Shown one piece after another: positions 32,494 through 43,225 of a stretch of 64,000 bases of DNA. Below the pieces are notes generated by a model. It saw nothing but the letters and a program-made list of their open reading frames with translations. It ran no database searches and had not been told where the DNA came from. A program made the translations under genes and the position numbers. Positions within the stretch are counted from its first letter, which is position 1; each line of letters begins with the position of its first letter. Source of the DNA: Salpingoeca rosetta (Eukaryota > Protista > Choanoflagellata); NCBI GenBank assembly GCA_033442325.1, contig JAWQFM010000016.1, positions 378,097-442,096 on the forward strand, read 5' to 3'.

Positions 32494-35183
32494 TCATCGA
32501 TCTGTGTCGCTGTGCATGTCGGAGAGGTGGCCTCTAAACGACCCCTGCAGTGATGATGGGAACTGCGGCGGTTCTTCGTACTCTGGTGTTGGCGGGCGCG
32601 TGGATGGGCCGGACCAGTATGCGGGCTCCTCCCACACACCTGCCGCCATAGCCACATCCCCGCTCATGTCCAGGTTACTGTCGTCCAGTGGAATCACATC
32701 TCGTCCTGCACGAGCCTCTGCTTTAACCCGGGGTTGCCTAGCACCGCCATGCGCACCACCACGAGCCCCGTAGTCGTCATCGTCATCATCGCCAACCGCG
32801 CTGCTGTCGCCTGCGATGCTTGCAGGCTCGCTGCGTGACATCCAGGCACGTGGCGTGCGGCCCGTGCGAACACCGCGGTCGTCCTGGGCATCTGCCTCGT
32901 GGCCACGACGAAGACGCCCGCCATGCACGCGCTTCGGGGTCCCTGTTGGTGTCGTCGATGTTGGTGTCGATGGTGCTGTGTTCTTCACGGCCACGCGCGA
33001 CGGCAATGGCATCTCAGCCAGCACGTCGCCTCCGCTGTTGATGCGGCCATCGTACAACGGCACATGGCCCATCCGACTCTCAAGCGTGACATCGGCGCTC
33101 TTCGCGTAGTCACCATCGCCATCGTCGTCATCAATGCTCTCCAGGTCATCTATGGTGTCTGCATCGCCGTCTCCGTAAAAGCTGCTGTCACCGCGCGGGT
33201 CACGATCCGAGCTGGCGCTGCCTCCGCCATACAGCCACGCATCAGAGTACTGGGGCGGTGCCTGGTACGGCGGCACGTCGAACACATCGCTGTCCACACC
33301 ACGCACGGGCAGCGGTAATGGTGGTGGTGTCATGCGGCCATCCCTCTGCCAATCAGAGGCGATTGATGCAGCCCCGGTCATGTGCATGTCAAGCACGCCG
33401 TCCTCAGCGTACAGTGAGCCACCAAACTCGCTCGTGGGCCGCTTGCTCACGTCGCTCATGCTTCCCCAGTACTCGTCTGCGTCGCTCGTGTAGTCGTCGT
33501 CTCCATCCGTCGTCACGTCGTCCACTTCATATGGGGTGTACGCTGGTGGCGGTCGGTATGGTGGTGCCTGCAGACCCTCGCGACTAGCCCCGCCGCCAGC
33601 GAGCCACTCAAACTGCGGGCGCGGGCGCCGGCCTGAGTGGGACAGGCGCTCGTAGATGCGGTCGCGAAGGCTGGCACGCCTGCTGGCTTCGCCCTTGCTC
33701 AGCCCAGCGCCCATGCCGCCCTTCTGCATCGCCACCCTCTCCACGGAGGCGTAGGTTGGCGGCGCAATGTAGGCAGGCAAGTCCGGTGCTGCCGGCACGC
33801 GGGTCAACTCCGACACACGGCGAGACTTCTGCCGCCACAGCCGCAGCACCACCACAAGCGCAAGCACCGTCACCAGCACAAGCACCGTGAGAACAGCTAC
33901 GATGGCCATCTCCGTGGTGGAGAAGCGGTTGACGGCGCTCGGGTTGGAGCCGCCGTCATCGCACCCACACAGGCAGGCGCCAGCAGCATCCCCCACGGTC
34001 ACACTCGAGACGGTCAGAGCCGTCGCATCCGTCACATAGGGCGAGGCCGCCTGCAGCGTGGGCAAGAACGTGCCATCGCTCCTGGCAGCGCCGTCGTGCA
34101 TGAGGCAAGCAACTGTGGCGTGGGTCTCGGTAGGCATGGACACGGCGACATCAACGAATACAGCGGTACCAAGAGATGTTCCTTCCTCAACCGTCACCGC
34201 GGCCATCCCCTGCAGACGTGGCCGTGGTCCTGTGGCTGCTGCGCCTCCTGTGCGTATCGCAGCTGCTGCCTCGACGGGTGTGCCAAAGTCCGTCACGTCG
34301 TACGCGCAGGAATGAGCCGAGTAGAACCCAGCAATGTTGTCAACAGTCACAAGGCCCTGCGCGCTGGCAGCCAACAGCTCTGGTGGAATTGGAAAGTCAA
34401 ATGTCGTTGCCTTGTCCACGTCGCCAGAGACAAGGGCTTGCAGCTGCTGCAGTGGGATGGCACTGAGCAAGTTGAGGCTGGTTGCAGACGCCAGCGCCTG
34501 TGTCACATCTGTGAGGAAGGCTCCGATATCGGCCGCTGTGGCATTTGTGATGGATCCATCAAGGTCGGACAGCGTTACGGTGACAGCCACGGTCGTGTCT
34601 GCGCCATCGGGGTGCACACACGTGCAGACGCGATCAGATGTCACTGTTGGAGACGCCGCCTCGTGCTCAAACACGTCACACTCCGACACGCGCGCACACG
34701 CTGCATCAGAGGTGGGTGTGGGCAATACAGCAATGTACTCTTGCTCGCCGTCAAAGCGACATGTGGTCTGGTTGACGCACACACGGTCGCTTGTTGCAGT
34801 GGGTGCAACGACCTGATACTCTGTCGACAGGTCGCACTCAGTCAACAAAGCACACTCCCGATCAGCAAGCGCAGTGCAGCTGGATGTCTCATACTCCATT
34901 GCAGGGTTGCATGTTCGACATGGGGCACATTCTCGGTCGCTTGTGGAGGATGGCCCAGTCAGCTCATATTGGCTCTCACCGCACACCGTCAATGCTAAGC
35001 ATGTGCCGTTTGCAGTCCTGAATTCGGTGTCGAGGCACTCTGCAGTTGTTGTAGTTGTAGTTGTAGTTGTAGTTGTAGTTGTAGTTGTAGTTGTAGTTGT
35101 AGTTGTAGTTGTAGTTGTAGTTGTAGTTGTAGTTGTAGTTGTTGTAGTTGTAGTTGTAGTTGTAGTTGTAGTTGTAGTTGTAG

Positions 35184-35236
<53 letters not shown>

Positions 35237-35261
35237 ATCGTTGTTGTAGTAGTAGTTGTAG

Positions 35262-35310
<49 letters not shown>

Positions 35311-36200
35311 AGTAGTAGTTGTTGTTGTTGTTGTGGTTGTTGTAGTAGTTGTTGTTGTTGTTGTTGTGGTTGTTGTTGTGGTTGTTGTTGTGGTTGTGGT
35401 TGTGGTTGTGGTCGTCGTCGTTGTCGTGGTTGTGGAAGTTGTAGTCGTCGTCGTTGTCGTGGTTGTGGAAGTTGTAGTCGTGGTGGTAGTTGTAGTCGTT
35501 GAGGTTGAAGTTGTACTTGAGGTTGTACTTGTAGTTGTTGTGGTCATCGTTGTCGTTGTAGTGGTCGTTGTATCACCCGAGGAGGTGGACGTTGTGGATG
35601 TCGTGGTGGTTGTGCTTGTTGTAGTGGTGGTTGTGGAAGTTGTCGACAACCCACTTCCAGTACTTGTGCTTGTTGAGGACGTTGAGCTGGAGGTGCCGCT
35701 TCCTGTTGAACTTGTCGTCGTGGTTGTCGTGGTAGTTGTCGTGGTGGTTGTTGTAGTTTTTGTTGGAGTAATGGGGATGCTTGTGGATGATGATGTAGAT
35801 GAAGATGAAGTGCCACTTCCAGTCGAAGTTGTCGTGGTGGTCGTGGTAATCGTGGTGGTCGTGGCGGTGGTTGTTGTTCCGCTCCCAGTGTCTGTTGTGC
35901 TCGTTGTCGTCGTGGTTGTGCCACTTCCTGTTGATGTTGTGGAAGTTGTCGATGTCGATGTTGTCGTTGTTGTACCACTTCCAGTGCTGCTTGTGCTGCT
36001 CGTTGTAGTTGTCGTCGTCGTTGTGGTTGTGCCACTTCCCGTGGACGTTGTTGTTGTTGTTGTTGTAGTAGTAGTAGTAGTAGTTGTTGTTGTTGTAGTA
36101 GTAGTTGTTGTAGTAGTTGAAGTAGTAGTTGTTGTTGTGCTGATGGTTTCTGTACCACTACTCGATGTTGTTGTTGTAGTTGTTGTTGTTGTTGTTGTAG

Positions 36201-36240
<40 letters not shown>

Positions 36241-37033
36241 GGAAGTTGTTGTTGTAGTAGTAGATGACGACGATGAGGATGACGTTGGTAATGTTGTCCC
36301 GCTTCCAGTTGAAGTCGTTGTGGTAGTTGTTGTCGTGCTGGTTGTGCTTGGTGTTGTAGTTGTTGTGCTGGTCGTTGTTGGCGTTGGGGTTGGTGTGGGT
36401 GATGGCAGGATGGCGGTGCCTGTTGACGAGGATGGCCTTGGGGACACTGTTGGTGCTGAAGGCGGCACGAGCGGAGGCGGGCTTGATGGAACCAATGGAC
36501 TGCTGGGCAACACTGGCGGTGTTGCCGGCTGTGAGGGCGTTGGTAGCGGCGACGGCGACGTTGGTGGCACGAGCGGCGGCGGTGATGTGGGCGTCGTTGG
36601 TGGTGCAGTGGGCGGTCTGGGCAGTGGCGTGGGCACAACAGGCCTCGACACAACCACGCTGGTCGTCGCAGGGACAGCGGTTGCTGTTGTCGATGCGCTG
36701 GGACTTGCAAAAGTGGACGGCCGCAGTAGTGTAGGCGACGCAGACGAAAAGATGGGTACACCTGTGCTGGGAACAGGGGTTTGGCTCGGAACCACGCTGA
36801 CAACCGATGACGGCGTGGGCGAAATGCTTCCACTTGACACGACGGGAACACTGATGCTCTGCGATGGCAGCACACTTGACGGTGCAGTTGCTGAGGACGA
36901 GACGGGCGCGATTGTGGCAGTTGTCACAATTGACGTCTGTGTCGATATGGGCACGCTTGCGCTTGACCGCGGCAGGCTTGAGACAACTGATGACGATGTC
37001 GTGGCAGTTGTGGTTGTGGTTGTGGTTGTGGTT

Positions 37034-37068
<35 letters not shown>

Positions 37069-37367
37069 AGTTGTGGTAGTTGTGGTAGTTGTTGTTGTCG
37101 TCGTCTTTGTTGTGGTGGTGGTAGTTGTGGTAGTGGTGATTGTGGTGGTTGTTGTCGTGTCGCCCGAGAAGCCTGTTGTACTTGTGGTGGTGGTGGTTGT
37201 CGGTGGCGATGTTGATGTTGATCCACTGCCAGAACTCGATGTTGTCGTCGTTGTCGTACCTGTTATTGTCGTGGACGCCGTTGTTGAGTCAAGTCCACTT
37301 CCTGTGGTGGTGGTTGTTGTTGTTGTTGTAGTTGTAGTTGTAGTTGTAGTTGTAGTTGTAGTTGTAG

Positions 37368-37401
<34 letters not shown>

Positions 37402-39640
37402 AGTTGTAGTTGTAGTTGTAGTTGTAGTTGTAGTTGTAGTTGTAGTTGTTGTTGTTGTTGTTGTTGTTGTAGTTGTAGTTGTTGTTGTTGTTGTGGGAAG
37501 GGACGTTGTACTACTCACGTCTCCAGACGAAGACGTCGTGGTCGTGGTCGTTGTCGTTGTGGTTGTCGTTGTCGTGTCTCCACTGCCTGTTGAGGACGTT
37601 GAACCAGCAGTACTTGTGGTTGTCTGCACAGAACTTCCAGAGGAGGTCGTGTCAGCATCTGTCGCTGTGGTTGTCGTAGTCAACGTGGTTGTTGCGGCTG
37701 TGGTGGTTGTGGTTGTTGGTGTTGTTGTAGTCACCACCGGCGATGGGCTTGGCGTTGGCTGAAGTGTGGTAGATGCACTTTGCGTTGCTGTGGGCGTGGG
37801 CGTGTGCGTGGGCGTTGGTGTTGGCGTGACCGTAGCAGCGCTGGTTGGCGGCTGTGGCGATGACAGCGGCGGCGGCGACTGAGGAACGTCGGGGGACGAG
37901 GGCACCGGTGGCGGTGAGGATGACGGCAGCGTGTCCGTGAACAGCGGCGAAGGCGGGCTGAGTGGCGGTGGTGAGATGGGACTGCTGGGCCGAATGGGCA
38001 CGCTGGACGGCGGTGGTGTCACAACAGGCACTGTCGGTGACGGAGAGGGCGATGTAGATTGTGCCAGCGATGACGACACAGTGGCAACCGAAGACGACAC
38101 AAGCGGCACAGCTGTCGTTGTTACCACACCCTCGCTGACAATGCTGCTGCTGATGCTACTGCTGCTGCTGCTGGGAACAGTCGCTGACGAGGGTGGAGGG
38201 ACCAAGGATGAAGTCAACGTCGAAGAAGGTGAAACACTGCTGTCCACGGCTGATGTGGGCACAGGAGACGGCTGAGAAGCCACGGCTGAACGGGTGGAAA
38301 GCACCGAACTACTGCTGGCTCTCAAATCGCTGCTCGAGGGTGCAAGCACAGATGTCGCTGTTGGGAAGGGCGTGCTTTCGATGGGACCAAGCCCGCTGAC
38401 TGCTGAAGATGCGGGTGATGGAGACGGTGTTGGCTGTGCAGAGAACACCGTCGTGAGGATTGGCGCAGAAGAGGAGGATGTCACCGCGATGGAAGCCGAT
38501 GGTAGCTGAGGCGTTGGCGACGGACTCCCACCGGACGCTACCACTGTCCCAATTGCACTTGCCGTTGCTGTGGCTGCTGGTGTTGTTGTTGTCGTGAAAA
38601 GAGAAGACGAAGAAGGAGTAGGCAGCGTCGACGGGGATGGCGAGGGTGAGTTCAGCGCCAAGGATGACGATGGTGCAATTGGAGGAGACACGGAGCTCGG
38701 TGAGGGCACCTGGATCTGTGAGCTGCTGATGGGCAGCACCACAACAGAGGAGGATGGTGGCCCAACAAGTCGACTGGAGGCTGCCGGAATAATCAGGCTT
38801 GAGGACACCACGGGCACAACTGGACCAGTGGAATCCGTGGTGGTCGTAGTTGTTGCTGTTGTTGATGTGGTCGTGGTAGTTGTTGTGGTACTTGTCGTGG
38901 TACTTGTCGTGGTCGTGGTTGTTGTGATTGTCGACACGTCACCAGATGAACTTGAAGTCGTCGTAGTTGTGCTGGTCGTCGTTGTAAGTGGTGACACCGT
39001 GGGGTCACCAATTGCCTGCACTGTGGCTTGAGCGCCATACGCTGACTGAACCCACGCCTCAAACTCAAGAATGAAATCGCGAAGCGCGGTCGCAACTGCG
39101 TCTGCCTTTGGTGCATCCGTAATCACTTGGATCACAAGCACCACCCCATCGCCACCAACAGCCTCTCGCCTCGATCGCACTTGCTCATCAAGCCGCAGCA
39201 CAACATCCTCCTCAACCACAAGCGGCGCCAGCAGCTCCACAATCGCACCACGCACCTCTTCTGCATCAATCGCACTCACGTTCACATTGCTGATCACCAG
39301 CGTGTGCGACACAAGCACGCGTGTCACCACCACAGGAAACGACGATGTGCTTGTTGATGTCGGCGCCAGTGTCACCTTGCCCCCACCACTGCTTGTGCTT
39401 GTGCTTGTGGTGGTAGTTGTTGTGGTGCTTGTGATAGTGCTTGTGCTTGTCGTGGTAGTTGTTGTGGTGCTTGTGCTTGTGATAGTGGTTGTCGTGGTTG
39501 TCGTGGTGGAAGACGACCCACTTCCTGTGTCTGTTGTTGTCGAGGTTGTGGACGTGGTGGCGGTTGTAGTGGACGTACCGCTTCCAGTTGATGATGATGT
39601 TGTTGTAGTTGTTGTGGGAAAGACTCCACTTTCCGTCGTT

Positions 39641-39705
<65 letters not shown>

Positions 39706-42665
39706 TGTCGCTGTCGCCGTGGTTGCAGTTGTGGTGCTGGTGGTGGTTGTTGTGGTAGTGGTAGTGGTCGTCGTGGTGCCACTTCCGGTATTGGTTGTTG
39801 TGGTGGGGGTGGTCGTTGTCGTTGTGCTGATTGTCGCGCTGGTCGTGGCTGTTGTGGTTGTTGGCGTGCTGGTCATGGTTGTTGTGGTGGCCGATTTCGT
39901 CATCGTGGATGTCGCACCGCTTTCACCGCCGGTTGTGCTGCTTGTTGTGGCTGTCGTGGCTGTTGTGGTCGTGGTCGTGGGTGTTGTGGTTGTCAATGAG
40001 ATGGTTGAGCTGGAGGTTGTGGTCGTGTCGCCGCTTCCATTCTCCGTGGTCGTGAACCCCGTTGTCGTTGAACTTCCTGTTGATACCGTGGAGGTTGTGC
40101 TTGTGATCGTGCCACTACCACTGCTGCTTGTGCTTGTCATTGTCGGCGTGGGTGTTGTGCTTGTGGTTGTGGTGCTTCCGCTGCCACCACCTGTCGTGGA
40201 GGTTGTCATGGAGGCTGTCGTGGAGGCTGTCGTGGAGGCTGTCGTGGAGGCTGTCGTGGAGGCTGTCGTGGAGGCTGTCGTGGAGGTTGTCATGGAGGTT
40301 GTCATGGAGGCTGTCGTGGAGGCTGTCGTGGAGGTTGGCGTGGAGGTTGGCGTGGAGGTTGGCGTGGAGGTTGGCGTGGAGGTTGGCGTGGAGGTTGGCG
40401 TGGAGGTTGGCGTGGAGGTTATCGGCAGCGACGTGGTCGTGTCGCCACTTTCATTTCCTGCAGTTGTCGAAGTTGTCGAAGTTGTCGTGTCACCACTGGC
40501 AGTCATTGACGTGGTCGTGATTGGAAGTGTGGTAGTGGTGGTGGACACAGTTGTAGGATCTGCTGTGGAAGACGTCGTACTGGTGCTGTCAGCGCCTGTG
40601 GTGGTTGTTGTGGTCGTTGTGGTCGTTGTTGTTGCTGTTGTTGTGAAAGGGTTTGGTGTCGGCGATTGCTGTGGTGTGACTGGCGCTACAGAGGTGACAG
40701 GTGCAATGATGGCTGTGGACTGCGGCGGGTTGATCAGGATGCTGCTCGCTGTTGGCTGCACGACCGAACTCGACACCACAATCACCTGCGGTGGTGGCGT
40801 TGGCAACACGCTTGACACCGACACACTGCTGCTGATGATGCTGCCCGTGGTGGCCAACGTGCCGCTGCTGCTTGCCACCGAGGGCTGGACAGCGGCTGAT
40901 GACACAATGCTGTCGGGCACAACCAATGTTGCAGATGGAGACGGGAGTGCTGATTGCACCGAAGACACGGATGGTGACGGTGATGATGATGATGGTGGTG
41001 CATGCGACACGGCAGGGGTTGGAAGAGATACCGTCGTTGTGCGACCTGCCGATGTCGCTGTCGGAGACACGCTGCCGCCACCAATGTTGCTGCTTGAGGT
41101 TGTAGTTTGCGAGGACAGCAGGGATGGAGAGGGCAGCAGCGCGGATGCGGCAGCTGTTGAAGCAGGTGCGCGCGTCATCGAAGGTGTTGACAGCGTGGTC
41201 AGTGCGAGGGATGTGCTCGCTTCAACCGAACCGTCGTCTGCCGTGGCTGATGGCGGCAGGGTTGCTGCAGATGATGATGGCGGTGAGAGGGATGGCAGCT
41301 GCGTTGGCAGCGGCGAGGCAGACTGTGCCGCTGTTGCTGCAGGTGTGGCGCTGGCGCGTGCTGGCAAGCTGCTTGAAGCCGATGACGTGGTGGGCAGCGA
41401 TGCTGTTGTCTGTGACACCTGATGCATGATCGAGCTCCTTGGAGGCACCACGACCACCGACGACACCGGCACCAACACCGAAGACCGCACTGGTGCAATC
41501 ATCTAAGCGTGACAGCAAACCACAATACAGTATGGCGAGAGAGAGTGTGTGTGTGCAGCAGCGGCAGTTGAAGCGTGAGCTCTCATGTGAAAGGTGTAAT
41601 TTGTGCGCGCATACTGCCGTGCGCAGATATCGATGCATGGTGGCTTGTCACTCAACACGTCAACAACACAACCTGATTAACACGACATGCACACTGTCGA
41701 CTGGCATGTGCTCGGGACACATACACTCACACAAACACACACGCGCGCGCGCGCCCGCGCACACACACCCACTCACTCACTCACCCACACAACCACACAC
41801 ACACTCACTCACTCACTCACTCACCCACACAACCACACACACACTCATTCACACAAGCATGCGCACTGTGTGTCGGACCTGTGTCGATGAAGGTGCCAGT
41901 GCTGGTGTTGAAGAGACGGGTGCAGGCACAAGCAAGCTCGGCTGTATGACAGTGGACGTGCCGGTTGTTGGCTGCTGACTCATGATGGCCGAAGTCGTGA
42001 ACGCTGGTGATGGCGTTGGAGCAGCTGCTGCTGTCGCTGGCGTCGAGGCCACCAACACTGTTGAAGTGGGGCCTGCGGGCTTGCGTGTTGGTGAGGCTGG
42101 TGGTCTCGGCAGTGTTCTGTTGAAGACGGGCGGCGGCGTTGTTGGAAACAGCGCGAGAAGGTGGTCGACGGTGACGTTGCCCGATGCATCACGCCTTCCT
42201 ATTCTCCTTTCTGCGCCTGCTGCAAGCACCAAAGCATGAAGGTGAAATCAGTGCTGCGCATGTGCGGTCCACGCACAAGCTGTGTTGGCACATACAAGCG
42301 CACATACAGGCACACTGGCAAGCGTACACAGAAACACATGCTTCCGTCTTCGTGCAGAGGAAACAAACGACACACGCACAGGGTTGCACAAACAAGAAAC
42401 GACACACACGCCATCCTCAACGCACGATTGCGCGAGCTGGGCTGCCCCAGACCGTACCGTGGCTGTGACCCCGGTTGGTGCTCAGGGCAGGATTGTTGTG
42501 GTGTGGCGCAACGGTGGTTGCTGTGGGTGCGGTTGGTGCCACTGCGGAGGCCGTTGTGACCTCTGAGTTGGAGGTAACTGTGACACACACCACCACAAGG
42601 GCAAACGCAAAGAGGCGCAGCAGCGCCAGCACCCCAGAGCGCACAGGGGCTCGTCGCTCTGCCAT
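32494..42665 (-). CDS. ~3,180-aa mucin/proteoglycan-like type I membrane protein; exons 42665-42458, 42216-41879, 41502-32494
   Basis: Signal peptide MAERRAPVRSGVLALLRLFAFALVVVCVTVTS; phase-compatible GT..AG introns; Thr/Ser/Pro-rich ectodomain; SEA-like module ~38990-39325; Cys repeats ~34617-35037; single TM 33844-33909 followed by RLWRQKSRR; ~450-aa cytoplasmic tail. Confidence 0.85.
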
Positions 42666-43154
42666 GTTGGTGCCGCCGCAGCTGCTGATCTGGTTCAACG
42701 GGCGTCTCAGCATGCCACGACCATGGCAAGGCGAAGACAACCGCAACTCAAGAGTGCGTTGACAAGCGCGTGCGCCGTTCTTGAGTGGGGCTGTGTGGCG
42801 CAGTATTGTGCTAGGCAGGATATGACTTGGGAGAGAGAACACGGCAAGCAAACACGACCCAAACGAGGACGGGACCAGCTGCTCAAAGTAAAGGCAGGTG
42901 GGTCTGCTCTGTTGTGTGCTGTTGTGTGCTGTTGTGTGCTGTTGTGTGCTGTTGTGGTGTTGATGGTGGCTACTGGTTGGTTGATTGGGGGTGAAGGTGA
43001 AACAATAAGGGGAAGAAGGAATGTACGCTGCGGGTGTTGTGCGGAAAAGTTGCTGGTGTCTTCACAAAACCAACTTTTTTTTTATTTTCCTGATTCGGGG
43101 GTGGTGTGCAATTGGCAAACCAGGCTCAAGCGGTGCAAATTGCAACGAGTGCCG

Positions 43155-43168
43155 TTTGCGCGGGCAAA
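43155..43168. promoter_or_regulatory. Degenerate, near-palindromic E2F-like site upstream of FANCI
   Basis: TTTGCGCGGGCAAA ~60 bp before the FANCI ATG; the minus strand TTTGCCCG fits the relaxed consensus WTTSSCSS. Confidence 0.4.
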
Positions 43169-43225
43169 ATACAAACGCAAGGAAAGGAAGGACACTGGTT
43201 GGAACGTGTTTGTGCAGCAGCAAAG

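Noticed and set aside
34874-41422. Long plus-strand poly-Val ORFs (962 and 783 aa)
   Set aside because: Antisense shadows of the poly-Thr mucin exon; reverse-complemented ACN codon runs contain few stops.
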